50,212 nt of DNA, from NCBI RefSeq assembly GCF_003334315.1, contig NZ_QOWR01000032.1; one strand, 5' to 3'. Under the pieces are notes generated by a model that saw only the letters and a program-made list of their open reading frames with translations, was not told the DNA's origin and did no database searches. Every line of letters begins with the position of its first letter. The stretch's first letter is position 1. The position numbers and the translations under genes are program-made. Shown here one piece after another: positions 33,375 through 50,136 of the stretch. This DNA is from Escherichia coli (GTDB lineage Bacteria; Pseudomonadota; Gammaproteobacteria; Enterobacterales; Enterobacteriaceae).

Positions 33375-33980
33375 TTACTTTAAGCCTTCCGCTGACAGCG
33401 CGTCTTGTACTTCCGGACGTTCAGCCATACGTTGCATAAATGCTGCAATGTGCTCTAACCCTTCCAGATTCAGTTTCACCGCGTATGCCCAGCGCAGAAC
33501 CGTAAACAGATAGGCATCAGCAATTGTAAATCTTTGCCCGCAGATCCAGTGCTCATCCTTCAGTGCCTCGTTCACATATTGCAGCTTCTTCTCCAGCTGC
33601 GCGCGAACTGTCGTTTTGTACTCTTCCGGTGTATCAGGGCGAAACAGAGGTGTGAAACCTTTATGCAGCTCGGTGGCGATGTAATTCAGCCATTCGATGG
33701 TTTTATAGCGGGAAATACTGTTTACCGGTGCCAGCAACTGGCGGTCGGGGACGCTGTCGGCAAGATACTGCATAATCGCTACGCCTTCCGTCAGCAAAGT
33801 ACCGTCATCCAGCAGCAATGCAGGCACCTGCCCCTTAGGGTTAACGGCAAAGTAATCGTCACCGTTTTCGAGACGTTTTTTCATTAAATCCACACTGACG
33901 AGGGTAAAATCCTTTCCGCTCTCACGCAGGGTGATATGGGAAGCGAGAGAGCAGGCACCCGGTTTGTAGAACAATTTCAT
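33375..33980 (-). CDS. gstA: Glutathione S-transferase GstA (201 aa)
   Basis: ORF 201 aa [60 protein letters not shown]... Confidence 0.93.
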   Translation of the reverse strand: MKLFYKPGACSLASHITLRESGKDFTLVSVDLMKKRLENGDDYFAVNPKGQVPALLLDDGTLLTEGVAIMQYLADSVPDRQLLAPVNSISRYKTIEWLNYIATELHKGFTPLFRPDTPEEYKTTVRAQLEKKLQYVNEALKDEHWICGQRFTIADAYLFTVLRWAYAVKLNLEGLEHIAAFMQRMAERPEVQDALSAEGLK

Positions 33981-34030
33981 CGGTAACTCCTTTTGTCTGT
34001 GGTTTAAAGTATGGTAGTGCGTTGCTGAAC

Positions 34031-34063
34031 AAAAAAAAAGCCGCTAACGAAAAGTTAGCGGCT
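34031..34063 (-). terminator. Rho-independent terminator of dtpA
   Basis: AGCCGCTAAC-GAAAA-GTTAGCGGCT 10-bp stem; on the minus strand it is followed by a 9-nt T-run (plus-strand AAAAAAAAA at 34031..34039). Confidence 0.65.
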
Positions 34064-34085
34064 TGTAAAAGAGTTTCCCTGAATT

Positions 34086-35588
34086 TTACGCTACGGCTGC
34101 TTTCGCCGCTTTGTCTGCAGCGTCATCCTGCGTCATGCGGTGCAGTTTCGGCGCGGTCAGCAGCATCAGTACTGCAATAACGGCAGTAGCGACACCAATC
34201 TGCAAGAATACGCGACCATAGACTTCCAGTGACATCAGCGGATCGGTAACGTTATCCGGCACAGCCATCATACCCGCAACATAACCACCAATCAGGTTTG
34301 CACCGGCAGTGGTCAGGAACCAGCTACCCATAATGAAGCCCATCAGACGCTGCGGAACGAGTTGAGCAACCATTGCCAGACCCAGACCAGAGATCATCAG
34401 TTCCCCGATGCTCTGCAGGCCATAGCTTGCGACCAGCCAGCTTACAGACACGATACCAGCGTCAGACGCGAATTTCGCACCCAGCGGCAGAATCAGGAAC
34501 GCACCAGAACACATCACCATGCCGATTGCAAACTTGGTTGGCATCGGCAGGGTATCGCCCATCTTGTTATAGATAGCGGCCAGAATCGGACTACCGATGA
34601 TGATCCAGAACGGGTTCAGTGCCTGATACTGCTCAGGTTCTACGGCCAGACCCAGAATGGAGTGCTCAACGTTACGAATCGCAAAGAAGTTCAGTGACGT
34701 TGGCATCTGGCTGTACAGCACGAAGAAGATAATGGCTTCGAGCATCAGGATGAAGGCAACGATCATTTTACGACGCGCAGCACCTTTCATCGCGAAGGCT
34801 TCTTTACCGAAGATAACCACGATACCGAAGGCAACAACGCCCAGCGCCATACGCGCAACTTCCTGATTGTGCAGCAGCCAGGTGGCGATAGCGATCAGTG
34901 CCACAACACCAATAATGGTCAGCAGCAGGTTACGGTAGTTGATAGGCTCGAAGTCTGGTTTTGAACCGTACTGTTTAACCCAGCGTTGGCAGAAGGCGAA
35001 GTTAACGATAGTGATCAGCAGGCCTACAACGCTCAACGCAAACGCAACACTCCAGCCGTATTTCGCGGCCAGCCACGGCGTAGCAATCATAGAGAAGAAA
35101 GAGCCGATGTTGACGGACATGTAGTACATGGTGAATGCACCGTCCAGACGCGGGTCGTTTTTCTCATAGCATGTAGAAAGCAGAGAAGACGGGTTAGCTT
35201 TAAACAGGCCGTTACCGACCGCAATAGCCGCCATACCCATATAAACGATACCGGCGTCGTGACCAGACCAGGCAACCAGAGCATAACCAATCGCCAGCAC
35301 AATAGCGCCGAGCATAATTACGCGTTTAGTACCCAGTACCTTGTCACCTAACCAGCCGCCGATAGCGACCAGACCATAAACCAGGGCACTAAAGGAAGAG
35401 AAAAGGGTGATTGAATCCGCTTCAGACATACCCAGTTGTTTAACCAGGTAAACAGCCATAATTCCTTGTAGGCCGTAATAACCAAAACGTTCCCATAACT
35501 CAATCGAGAAGATGAGATAGAACGCCTTCGGTTGTTTGAAAGCGTTCAAACTGACGCTTTCAGTTGGTTTTTGGTTTGCAGTGGACAC
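34086..35588 (-). CDS. dtpA: DtpA (TppB) proton-dependent di/tripeptide permease, POT family (500 aa)
   Basis: ORF 500 aa [49 protein letters not shown] (POT signature). Confidence 0.93.
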   Translation of the reverse strand: MSTANQKPTESVSLNAFKQPKAFYLIFSIELWERFGYYGLQGIMAVYLVKQLGMSEADSITLFSSFSALVYGLVAIGGWLGDKVLGTKRVIMLGAIVLAIGYALVAWSGHDAGIVYMGMAAIAVGNGLFKANPSSLLSTCYEKNDPRLDGAFTMYYMSVNIGSFFSMIATPWLAAKYGWSVAFALSVVGLLITIVNFAFCQRWVKQYGSKPDFEPINYRNLLLTIIGVVALIAIATWLLHNQEVARMALGVVAFGIVVIFGKEAFAMKGAARRKMIVAFILMLEAIIFFVLYSQMPTSLNFFAIRNVEHSILGLAVEPEQYQALNPFWIIIGSPILAAIYNKMGDTLPMPTKFAIGMVMCSGAFLILPLGAKFASDAGIVSVSWLVASYGLQSIGELMISGLGLAMVAQLVPQRLMGFIMGSWFLTTAGANLIGGYVAGMMAVPDNVTDPLMSLEVYGRVFLQIGVATAVIAVLMLLTAPKLHRMTQDDAADKAAKAAVA

Positions 35589-36172
35589 TTTTACCTCTTT
35601 TTTTACATCCCATATTAACGGGGGTGCTTTCTCGCGTTATGTATAAAAAACATACGCGCAATTGTTATAGTGGGAGGGGAAACAGCAGGTAATGTTCACT
35701 ATCTTGCACTTTCAGACAAGTCCTTTGTAATAATCTGTTACATATAACTGAGGCGGGGAATTCAACCATTCCGGGAAATGTTATCCAGCGTTAAATTTTT
35801 CAAAAAACGTAACGGCAGATTTTTTCACTGCACTGAGAGGGGGGTGATGGCTTAACGGCGATATGTTCTGCTATTTAGCGTTTTTACTAGTGAGATAGTC
35901 CAGTTTCTGAAAAATAGCCAGTGTAATGTTTTGTAGGTCAATATTTGTTGCGTGTGTAAATTTAAATGATTTTAACCTGATTCTTGCAATGTTTTTACAT
36001 TGCGACAGCATCGTGATCTTGATCACGAATGAATAGAAAATTTCGCTATTAAAAAAACAATTAACCTGCATTTTTGGTTATCCGCAAACGGATTACCTGA
36101 TGATAACGCTAAGCAATGGCATCATTGACGTTAAAAAGATGTTTTAAAAGAGGATAAAGAAAGGTTATCAAT

Positions 36173-36192
36173 GGGGTAATCGGTGTTACCCC
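36173..36192 (-). terminator. Hairpin immediately downstream of nth (end of rsx-nth operon)
   Basis: GGGGTAA-TCGGTG-TTACCCC 7-bp stem about 7 bp after the nth stop; moderately T-rich downstream on the minus strand. Confidence 0.4.
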
Positions 36193-36198
36193 TTTTCT

Positions 36199-36834
36199 TC
36201 AGATGTCAACTTTCTCTTTGTATTCACAAAGATCTTCAATAATACAAGAGCCACAGCGGGGCTTGCGGGCAATGCAGGTATAACGCCCGTGCAGGATCAA
36301 CCAATGGTGGCAGTCGACTTTAAACTCTGCTGGAACCACTTTCAGTAGCTTTTCTTCTACCTGTTCGACGTTTTTCCCCGGCGCAAATTGAGTACGATTA
36401 CAAACGCGGAAAATGTGCGTGTCGACAGCAATAGTCGGCCAGCCGAATGCAGTGTTTAATACGACGTTGGCTGTTTTACGACCTACGCCGGGCAGGGCTT
36501 CAAGCGCAGCACGATCTTCCGGAACCTCGCCATTATGCTGCTCCAGCAAGATACGGCAGGTTTTGATGATATTTTCTGCTTTGCTGTTATAAAGCCCAAT
36601 CGTTTTGATATAGGTTTTCACCCCTTCAACGCCCAGTTCAAGCATCGCTGCAGGCGTATTCGCCACCGGGTAGAGTTTCGCCGTCGCCTTATTAACACTG
36701 ACATCGGTCGCCTGAGCGGAAAGCAGTACGGCAATCAGCAATTCAAAAGGCGAACTGAAATTAAGCTCGGTGGTGGGATGAGGATTGTTCTCACGCAGGC
36801 GAGTGAGGATCTCCAGGCGTTTTGCTTTATTCAT
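36199..36834 (-). CDS. nth: Endonuclease III (211 aa), [4Fe-4S] DNA glycosylase
   Basis: ORF 211 aa [44 protein letters not shown]...; C-terminal Cys cluster (CIARKPRCGSCIIEDLC). Confidence 0.95.
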   Translation of the reverse strand: MNKAKRLEILTRLRENNPHPTTELNFSSPFELLIAVLLSAQATDVSVNKATAKLYPVANTPAAMLELGVEGVKTYIKTIGLYNSKAENIIKTCRILLEQHNGEVPEDRAALEALPGVGRKTANVVLNTAFGWPTIAVDTHIFRVCNRTQFAPGKNVEQVEEKLLKVVPAEFKVDCHHWLILHGRYTCIARKPRCGSCIIEDLCEYKEKVDI

Positions 36835-37529
36835 CAGACATTCCCTGTTTCACCGTTTGGCAATGCACGTTCTGCAGCTGCTTCAGCACGGCGCTTTTTC
36901 ATTCTTTCATCAATCAGGTATTTTCCTGCCAGCATCAGTCCCAGGCCAATAAATGCACCTGGTGGCAGCATCGCCAGCAGGAAAGGGGAGTCGGTGTGGA
37001 AAATCTCCACGCGTAATACTTTTGCCCAGCTACCTAACAGCGCATCTGCACCGTCAAACAACGTGCCATTGCCGATAATTTCGCGTAGTGAACCCAGCAC
37101 GAACATGGCGCAGGTTGCGCCCATACCAATTGAAAAGCCGTCCAGTGCCGAAAGCGCCGGACCTTTTTTGGCGGCGAAGGCTTCAGCGCGGCCCACCACG
37201 ATACAGTTAGTGACAATCAGCGGAATAAAAATCCCTAATGATTGATACAGGCCAAAGGCGTAGGCGTTGATCAGCATCTGTACAGCGCTGACCACCGAGG
37301 CGATGATCATCACGTAAATGGGAATGCGGATCTCGGCTGGCGTCCAGTGACGCAGCGTCGAAATGGTCAGGTTAGTCAGCGTCAGTACCAGCGTAGTCGC
37401 AAGTCCTAAACCCAGAGCGTTAGTGGCAGTGGACGTGACCGCCAATAGCGGACAGAGGCCGAGCAGCTGGACCAGCGCAGAGTTGTTTTTCCACAACCCC
37501 TGAACAATAACGTCTTTAATTTCGCTCAC
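36834..37529 (-). CDS. rsxE: RsxE (RnfE) ion-translocating oxidoreductase complex subunit (231 aa)
   Basis: ORF 231 aa [42 protein letters not shown]...; stop overlaps the nth start. Confidence 0.92.
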   Translation of the reverse strand: MSEIKDVIVQGLWKNNSALVQLLGLCPLLAVTSTATNALGLGLATTLVLTLTNLTISTLRHWTPAEIRIPIYVMIIASVVSAVQMLINAYAFGLYQSLGIFIPLIVTNCIVVGRAEAFAAKKGPALSALDGFSIGMGATCAMFVLGSLREIIGNGTLFDGADALLGSWAKVLRVEIFHTDSPFLLAMLPPGAFIGLGLMLAGKYLIDERMKKRRAEAAAERALPNGETGNV

Positions 37530-37532
37530 GCT

Positions 37533-38153
37533 TTATTCTCCACAGGCAGGAAGTTGAGAAAGTTGTGACGGTAACGTCTGAGCGTACAATCCGGCGCGTT
37601 TTACCGCATTAACCACCGCGCGGGGAGTAATCGTTGCGCCGGTGAACTGGTCGAAATCACCACCATCTTTCTTCACCGCCCAATGCGCATCATCCGCACC
37701 ACTGATTTTTTTACCCGCAAAATGGGTGATCCAGTCAGAAAGGCGCAGTTCGATTTTATCGCCAAGCCCTGGCGTTTCGTGGTGCTCTGTCACGCGCGTG
37801 CCAAGTACCGTGCCGTTAAAATCGGCTCCCACCAGCAGCTGAATCGCACCGGAATAGCCATCTGGCGCGGTTGTTTCCAGAACGGCGGCTACCGGTTTGT
37901 CATTCTGTTTGGCGATGTAAACCCGATGCTCACCTTTACCTAACTCTGGCGCAGTTACCAGATAGCAACTCTGTGCCAGCGCATTGTTATAGCGTTCGGC
38001 TGGCAGCACCTGATCAAATAACGCCTTTTGTTGCAGACTGGCCTGTTCAGCAATCGTCGTTTTGGTCATCTGGTTGATGGCCGCAGTTAACCCTGTTGAA
38101 CCCGCTGCAAATAGCGCCAACGTAATGCCGTGTTTTCGGATAGTTTTCAGCAT
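37533..38153 (-). CDS. rsxG: RsxG (RnfG) subunit, FMN-binding (206 aa)
   Basis: ORF 206 aa [37 protein letters not shown]... Confidence 0.92.
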   Translation of the reverse strand: MLKTIRKHGITLALFAAGSTGLTAAINQMTKTTIAEQASLQQKALFDQVLPAERYNNALAQSCYLVTAPELGKGEHRVYIAKQNDKPVAAVLETTAPDGYSGAIQLLVGADFNGTVLGTRVTEHHETPGLGDKIELRLSDWITHFAGKKISGADDAHWAVKKDGGDFDQFTGATITPRAVVNAVKRAGLYAQTLPSQLSQLPACGE

Positions 38154-38156
38154 GGT

Positions 38157-39215
38157 TTACCCTTTGCGATGGCCGTAGACGCGCGGACGCGTGTAGTAAT
38201 CGATCAGAGGAACCGTGATGTTCGCCAGCAGGACGGCAAAAGCCACGCCGTCAGGATAGCCGCCGAAACTGCGGATCAACCAGACTAATAAGCCCGCCAG
38301 CGCGCCGAAAATAAGACGACCACGATTGGTCGTAGAAGCGGTAACCGGGTCAGTCAAAATAAAGAATGCGCCGAGCATGGTCGCACCAGACAGCAGATGA
38401 ATTTGCGGTGCTGCCAGTGTTTCTGGTGAGAACAACCAGCCCAACGTTGCGCATAACGCCAGCGTTACTAAGAAGCTGAGGGGAATATGCCAGCGAATCG
38501 CTTTCTGCCATAGCAACCACAGGCCGCCAGCCAGCCAGGCGAGATTTACCCATTGCCAACCAGCGCCCGCCAGAATACCGCTGTAGATCGGATATTGCAT
38601 AATCTGTTCAACCGAATGACCGGCACGGACAGAGGTTTTAAATGTATCCAGCGGTGTCGCCTGACTAATGCCATCAATACCTAAGCGTAGTGTGTTCATA
38701 TCACCACCACTGGCGGTATGTCCGCTGAAAATAACCTGTATGGCGTCGATAAAACCAGGGATGTTGACCGCAATTTCATGTGGCGGTAACCAGCTGGTCA
38801 TCTGCACAGGGAAGGAGATCAGTAAGACCACATAACCAATCATTGCCGGATTAAACGGGTTTTGCCCCAGACCGCCATACAACTGTTTAGCGATGATCAC
38901 CGCAAACACCGTACCCAGCACGACCATCCACCATGGCGCGAGGGGGGGAATACTTACCGCCAGCAATAAGCCTGTCAGCAATGCTGAGTTATCTTTCAAC
39001 GTTGCGGCTACCGACTGCTTGCGTAGTTTGAGTACGAGAGCTTCGGCTAACAGAGCACTAACCGATGCCAACAGGATCTGAACGAGAGTACCCCAACCAA
39101 AAAACCACAGTTGCGCTGCGATTCCTGGCACGGCTGCGAGCAACACCAACAGCATAATGCGCGATGTCTGGCGCTGGTTATGGGTATAAGGGGAGCTAGC
39201 TATTCTGAATACCAT
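38157..39215 (-). CDS. rsxD: RsxD (RnfD) membrane subunit (352 aa)
   Basis: ORF 352 aa [42 protein letters not shown]... Confidence 0.92.
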   Translation of the reverse strand: MVFRIASSPYTHNQRQTSRIMLLVLLAAVPGIAAQLWFFGWGTLVQILLASVSALLAEALVLKLRKQSVAATLKDNSALLTGLLLAVSIPPLAPWWMVVLGTVFAVIIAKQLYGGLGQNPFNPAMIGYVVLLISFPVQMTSWLPPHEIAVNIPGFIDAIQVIFSGHTASGGDMNTLRLGIDGISQATPLDTFKTSVRAGHSVEQIMQYPIYSGILAGAGWQWVNLAWLAGGLWLLWQKAIRWHIPLSFLVTLALCATLGWLFSPETLAAPQIHLLSGATMLGAFFILTDPVTASTTNRGRLIFGALAGLLVWLIRSFGGYPDGVAFAVLLANITVPLIDYYTRPRVYGHRKG

Positions 39216-41912
<2,697 letters not shown>

Positions 41913-41913
<1 letters not shown>

Positions 41914-42494
41914 TACAACTTCACCAAACCACTAAAGCCCATAAAGGCCAGAGACATAAGACCTGCGGTAATTAACGCAATGGCATTACCGCGAAAAGGT
42001 GCCGGGACATCAGCCACAGCAAGGCGTTCGCGGATGGCGGCGAAGAGCACCATCACCAGCGAGAAACCGACAGCGGCGGAAAAACCGTACAGCGCCGACT
42101 GCAAGAAATTGTGCCCGAGATTGATATTCAGCAACGCCACGCCGAGCACTGCACAGTTGGTGGTGATAAGCGGCAAAAAAATCCCCAGCAGACGGTAAAG
42201 CACCGGGCTGGTTTTGCGCACCACCATCTCGGTGAACTGCACGACCACAGCAATCACCAGAATAAATGCCAGGGTGCGCAGGTAAATCAGATTAAGTGGG
42301 ATCAAAATCCACGTATCGATAAGCCAGGCGCAAATAGACGCCAGCGTCATCACAAACGTTGTTGCCAGCCCCATGCCCATCGCGGTTTCCAGTTTTTTGG
42401 AAACCCCCATAAACGGACAGAGACCGAGAAACTTGACCAGTACAAAGTTATTGACCAGTACAGTTCCGACAAACAGTAACAGGTAGTCAGTCAT
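41913..42494 (-). CDS. rsxA: RsxA (RnfA) membrane subunit (193 aa)
   Basis: ORF 193 aa [48 protein letters not shown]... Confidence 0.92.
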
Positions 42495-42570
42495 TTTTCG
42501 GCCTGAAATAAAAAAGCCGCCTATTATCCGTTAATCCAGAGCAGGCGACAACAGGTTAACTGTAAGGTTA

Positions 42571-43011
42571 TTACGGATTCACAAACGTCGCTTTTACCCG
42601 CGACGAGCGTTTGAAATAGGGGACGATCAATGCGGTTGCCAACAAAGTAAACAGCAACTGGCGAACGGCTATGCCATCTTCCACGGGTGAAAAAGCGAAT
42701 GCTTTTACTGCCAGCAATACGGAAATAAGCAGCCAGATAATATAGTGTTTAGGAACACAACGCCGACGTTTAAAGAAAGCGATGGTCAACCACAGTGTGT
42801 AATACCACATGGCGATAGCGGTAATAAAAGAAACGCCCCATAAGATTTGTGTCGTCAGTGCTTGTCCGCCGAGCGTTTGAAATGTTTGCGGAGAAGATAA
42901 CGCAGCGGTATACAGCAACAACGCCAGCGTCGTACTCAACAGAGCGACTAAAAGCCAGGCCAACGGGCCAAGCAACCAGCCTCCAATACGTTGTGGCGTT
43001 GTGGTGGTCAT
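42571..43011 (-). CDS. ydgK: YdgK inner-membrane protein (146 aa)
   Basis: Start chosen at MTTTTPQRIGGWLLGPLAWLLVALL within ORF 42571..43035; hydrophobic small membrane protein upstream of rsxA. Confidence 0.8.
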   Translation of the reverse strand: MTTTTPQRIGGWLLGPLAWLLVALLSTTLALLLYTAALSSPQTFQTLGGQALTTQILWGVSFITAIAMWYYTLWLTIAFFKRRRCVPKHYIIWLLISVLLAVKAFAFSPVEDGIAVRQLLFTLLATALIVPYFKRSSRVKATFVNP

Positions 43012-43096
43012 AGGTTCTCCAGAATAGCGACGCAAACAGGCAAATCTAATTTTAGGGGCGTTATTATAAGGCTTTTATAACCGATCGCTACTTTCT

Positions 43097-43312
43097 TTAT
43101 TGGACATAGTGCCAGACGGACTTCGGTACCTGGCCGAGGTCAAACAAACGTCCGCCAGAAACCAGCTCTGCGCGACGGTGATCGGCAGCACGATACATAT
43201 TGATCAGTTCCTGATCGTCCGTCAGGGTGTAATTAAGATGGTCGTAGAGTTTTTCCAGACTTTCGAGTGAACTGATTTTGCGAAATTTTAATAAGTAGTC
43301 CTGAACAGTCAT
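43097..43312 (-). CDS. cnu: Cnu (YdgT), Hha-family oriC-binding nucleoid-associated protein (71 aa)
   Basis: ORF 71 aa [71 protein letters not shown]. Confidence 0.9.
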
Positions 43313-43532
43313 AAAAGGTCCATAAAATAATTAATACCAAAGGGGTAGGTATTATTAGTGATGATAAAATTTCACCAAAAGTGAACGCTTGTGTTATTAC
43401 AATAATAAGAATGCGCTGATGGCAAATATTCAGGGATGAAAAACTGCTCTGAAAAGAGTAACGCGCTTTACTATCCCTGACAATCACCAACAACATCGAA
43501 CAAGATAATAAATTCCTGGTTTAATATCCGAC

Positions 43533-43565
43533 AAGTGAAAACATGCACCCGGACGGGCAGCATGT
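43533..43565 (-). terminator. Hairpin downstream of blr
   Basis: ACATGC-(loop with internal CCCG/CGGG)-GCATGT followed on the minus strand by TTTTC; weak call. Confidence 0.3.
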
Positions 43566-43584
43566 CGCTCCACAAGTGCAGAGC

Positions 43585-43710
43585 TTACTTGTGTTGTACC
43601 GAAGCACTCTGTTCAGGTGGCTGATAGTTGTCAATGTGACTCGCCACGCCAAGAAGAATGACTGAAACGACAAGAACGATCCAACCTGTTAATTCAATAA
43701 GACGATTCAT
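43585..43710 (-). CDS. blr: Blr small membrane protein (41 aa)
   Basis: Internal ATG of ORF 43585..43785 gives MNRLIELTGWIVLVVSVILLGVASHIDNYQPPEQSASVQHK, matching recalled K-12 Blr (41 aa). Confidence 0.75.
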   Translation of the reverse strand: MNRLIELTGWIVLVVSVILLGVASHIDNYQPPEQSASVQHK

Positions 43711-43952
43711 TACAGCCCACATCTCTCTTGATTGATCCATTAACTTCAGGGGGTAAATGTTACTTAGCAATAATAGCTCCAGCAAGATTTTTACTGAGGT
43801 TTTTGCGATATTTAGCTTTTGTCGTTGGAAAATTCGCTATTTTTTTGACTTAAGTTAAACAACATCCCTTATTGCTGGCAGGTTATTAAACTGTTGAGCG
43901 TGGGTAAAGGATAGTGTCAAATAGCCATCATACTTCAATGAGAGGCAATGAC

Positions 43953-44993
43953 ATGAGCGACAACATCCGTGTTGGGTTGATTGGGTATGGTTATGCGAGC
44001 AAAACCTTCCATGCGCCCCTGATTGCGGGCACGCCCGGGCTGGAACTGGCGGTAATCTCCAGCAGTGATGAAACAAAAGTAAAAGCCGACTGGCCAACGG
44101 TTACGGTTGTCTCTGAGCCGAAGCATCTGTTTAACGATCCCAACATAGACCTGATTGTCATTCCTACACCCAACGATACCCATTTCCCGTTAGCCAAAGC
44201 GGCGCTTGAGGCGGGTAAACATGTGGTCGTTGATAAACCCTTTACCGTGACACTGTCACAAGCGCGAGAGCTGGATGCGCTGGCAAAAAGCCTGGGGCGT
44301 GTGCTGTCTGTATTCCATAACCGTCGCTGGGATAGCGATTTCTTGACGCTAAAAGGTTTACTCGCGGAAGGCGTGCTGGGTGAAGTTGCTTACTTTGAGT
44401 CTCATTTTGACCGCTTCCGTCCGCAGGTGCGCGATCGTTGGCGTGAACAGGGCGGCCCAGGCAGCGGTATCTGGTACGATTTAGCACCACATCTTCTTGA
44501 TCAGGCCATTACGCTTTTTGGTTTACCGGTCAGCATGACGGTAGATTTGGCACAGTTACGGCCCGGAGCGCAGTCGACCGATTATTTCCACGCCATCTTG
44601 TCCTATCCACAGCGGCGAGTCATTTTACACGGTACCATGCTGGCAGCCGCTGAGTCAGCACGGTATATCGTGCATGGATCCCGAGGCAGTTATGTGAAAT
44701 ATGGCCTCGATCCACAGGAAGAACGTCTGAAAAATGGCGAGCGTCTACCGCAGGAAGACTGGGGCTACGATATGCGTGATGGCGTACTTACCCGCGTGGA
44801 AGGTGAGGAACGTGTCGAAGAAACGCTGTTGACGGTGCCTGGGAATTATCCGGCTTACTATGCGGCTATTCGTGATGCGTTAAATGGCGATGGTGAAAAT
44901 CCGGTTCCGGCAAGCCAGGCAATCCAGGTAATGGAGTTGATTGAGCTGGGCATCGAATCCGCCAAACATCGCGCGACTTTGTGCCTTGCATGA
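43953..44993 (+). CDS. ydgJ: YdgJ Gfo/Idh/MocA-family oxidoreductase (346 aa)
   Basis: Start chosen at MSDNIRVGLIGYGYASKTFHAPLI (Rossmann fold) within ORF 43914..44993. Confidence 0.88.
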   Translation: MSDNIRVGLIGYGYASKTFHAPLIAGTPGLELAVISSSDETKVKADWPTVTVVSEPKHLFNDPNIDLIVIPTPNDTHFPLAKAALEAGKHVVVDKPFTVTLSQARELDALAKSLGRVLSVFHNRRWDSDFLTLKGLLAEGVLGEVAYFESHFDRFRPQVRDRWREQGGPGSGIWYDLAPHLLDQAITLFGLPVSMTVDLAQLRPGAQSTDYFHAILSYPQRRVILHGTMLAAAESARYIVHGSRGSYVKYGLDPQEERLKNGERLPQEDWGYDMRDGVLTRVEGEERVEETLLTVPGNYPAYYAAIRDALNGDGENPVPASQAIQVMELIELGIESAKHRATLCLA

Positions 44994-45025
44994 AAAATGG
45001 ATGGTGCATTTGCACCATCCATTTT
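44994..45025. terminator. Long inverted repeat between convergent ydgJ and add
   Basis: AAAATGGATGGTGCA-TT-TGCACCATCCATTTT, about 15-bp near-perfect stem with built-in A/T runs on both sides (bidirectional terminator geometry). Confidence 0.5.
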
Positions 45026-45026
45026 G

Positions 45027-46028
45027 TTACTTCGCGGCGACTTTTTCTCGCAGTGCGCGTTTTTCCTCAGCGCTGAGGAAAGCCATTTCCAGACCATTAA
45101 TCTGTGCCTGGCGGATTTGCTCGCGGGATAACCCAGCAGCTGGCGCGGCAACGGTATATTCGTGAATGATATCCACTCCCTGTACGCCGGGATCGTCAGT
45201 GTTAATGCTGGCACGAATGCCATGCTCAAGGAACGTTTTCAGCGGATGTGCAGCCAGCTCTGCTACGGTGCTGGTCTGAATATTGGAGGTCAGACAGGAT
45301 TCAATACCAATTTGTTGCTCGGCGAGAAAATCCATCAGCGCCCGATCTTCAATGGCTTTTACGCCATGTCCAATACGCTCCGCACCCAGTTCACGAATCG
45401 CCTGCCAGATGCTTTCCGGCCCGGCAGCTTCGCCTGCATGGACGGTAATATGCCAGCCCGCATCACGCGCGCGGTTGAAGTGAGAAAGGAACAGACTTCC
45501 CGGGAAACCAAGTTCATCACCGGCTAAATCAAGTGCGGTAATCTGGTCACGGTGGGCTAAAAAGGCCTCCAGCTCTTGCTGACAGGCGGCTTCGCCGAAG
45601 GTCCGGCTCATAATGCCGATAAGCTTCGCCTGCACACCAAAGGTGCGGCAACCTTCACGTACGCCATCGATCACCGCTTCGACAACACCCGCTACAGGCA
45701 GCTGATGTGCCATTGCCATGTAGCCTGGTGAAAAACGCAGCTCGACATAGTGCAGGCCGTGACGGGCTGCATCTTCAATGTTTTCAAATGCCACGCGGCG
45801 ACAGGCATCAAGAGAGGCGAGAACTTTAACGCCCCAGTCAAGTTTGGTCAGAAAGCTCACCAGATCGGGTTCGTTGGCAATGACCTGAACGTGGGGAATC
45901 AGTGTTTCCAGGGATTGTGCAGGAAGCGAGATATTATACTGGCGGCCAAGTTCAAGAATGGTCTGGGGACGAATGTTGCCATCAAGGTGGCGATGGATAT
46001 CAGTTAATGGCAGGGTGGTATCAATCAT
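45027..46028 (-). CDS. add: Adenosine deaminase (333 aa)
   Basis: ORF 333 aa [43 protein letters not shown]... Confidence 0.95.
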
Positions 46029-46131
46029 GGTCGCACTCTTTTTCTGGATATAAAAGTGCGCACCATTATAAAAACAAAGCAGGGTAAAAATCCACGATTG
46101 CGCAACGATTTTTTACGTTGCGCAATTGGGG

Positions 46132-47304
46132 TTAACGAACAGCGCGGATGGCGTTAATTAATCCAGCCACACCTTTTTCCAGTTTCGAACGTGGGCAGCC
46201 GGCATTGAGACGGACAAAACCACGACCTTCTTCACCGTAGGTATACCCCGGCATGATCGCGACTTTTTCTTGTTCGATAAGTGCTTTTTGCAACGCGTTG
46301 TCGTCAATATTCAACGGACGTAAATCAAGCCATGCCAGATAAGTGGATTGTGGGATCTGCCAGTTGAGTTCAGGAAACGCGGCGTTCATTTTATCTGCGA
46401 TATACGTCAGGTTATCTTTCAGATAGATGCGTAAGGCATCCAGCCACGGCGCGCCTTGCTGATAGGCGGCGATATGGGCAGTTAACGCCAGTACCGAAGG
46501 GGAAGAAAGCCCATCACGGCCTTTCAGTGCCGATAAATAGGCATCGCGGCTACTGCTATTTTCTATAATCCCGTAAGCACCGGTCAGGGCGGGAATATTG
46601 AAACTTTTCGAGCCCGACGTTAGCAACGCCCAGTCTCCGCGAGCCACATTACTCCAGGGAATATGCGGCTGCTCGCCCCAAACCATATCCATATGGATTT
46701 CATCGGAAATAACCCGCACACCATGACGCTCGCACAGGTCAGCCATGATCTCCAGCTCATCGCACGTCCACACTTTCCCGGTAGGATTCTGTGGGCTACA
46801 CAGGAGCATAATTTTACATTCTGGTTTCGCCAACACGGCTTCCAACTTGCCCATATCGCAAAACCAACCATCAGCCTGCTTCTCTAAAGCAACGGGCATT
46901 ACTGTGCGCTGGTTACCTTCAATGGCCTTGTAAAATGCGTCATAGGCGGGTGTGTGGATCACCACGCCTTCACCTGTTTCAGACCACTGACGAATCAGTT
47001 CTGAAACCATATAGATGACAGAAGGGCCATACACCACCGTCTGAGAATCGATGGCGGTGTAATGCTGGGTGGAAAACCAGTGGGCAATAGCCGCGAGAAA
47101 CTCATCGTTTTTCCAGCGGCTGTAGCCAAATACGCCGTGCATCAGGCGCTGATTCAGCGCCTCGATAATGCAGGGGGCAGTGGCAAAATCCATGTCTGAA
47201 ATCGTGAACGGTAACAGGTCAGCAGTGCCGAAACGGTCAGCGACATAATCCCACTGTGTACACCATGTGCCATGACGATCCACGACCTTTGAAAAATCGA
47301 ACAT
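46132..47304 (-). CDS. malY: MalY, PLP-dependent cystathionine beta-lyase / MalT antagonist (390 aa)
   Basis: ORF 390 aa MFDFSKVVDRHGTWCTQWDYVADRFGTADLLPFTISDMDFATAPCIIEAL... Confidence 0.93.
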   Translation of the reverse strand: MFDFSKVVDRHGTWCTQWDYVADRFGTADLLPFTISDMDFATAPCIIEALNQRLMHGVFGYSRWKNDEFLAAIAHWFSTQHYTAIDSQTVVYGPSVIYMVSELIRQWSETGEGVVIHTPAYDAFYKAIEGNQRTVMPVALEKQADGWFCDMGKLEAVLAKPECKIMLLCSPQNPTGKVWTCDELEIMADLCERHGVRVISDEIHMDMVWGEQPHIPWSNVARGDWALLTSGSKSFNIPALTGAYGIIENSSSRDAYLSALKGRDGLSSPSVLALTAHIAAYQQGAPWLDALRIYLKDNLTYIADKMNAAFPELNWQIPQSTYLAWLDLRPLNIDDNALQKALIEQEKVAIMPGYTYGEEGRGFVRLNAGCPRSKLEKGVAGLINAIRAVR

Positions 47305-47313
47305 ATCTTATCC

Positions 47314-50109
<2,796 letters not shown>

Positions 50110-50136
50110 TCCTCTCTTTATCTGCTATACCTGGTA

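Noticed and set aside
35871-36071. 66-aa minus-strand ORF in the dtpA upstream region
   Set aside because: Sits in AT-rich intergenic DNA with no Shine-Dalgarno sequence and an Ile/Phe/Lys-rich product typical of chance ORFs; kept only as part of the intergenic-region finding.
36535-37245. 236-aa plus-strand ORF spanning the nth/rsxE junction
   Set aside because: Antisense to two well-supported genes; no ribosome-binding site and low-complexity product.
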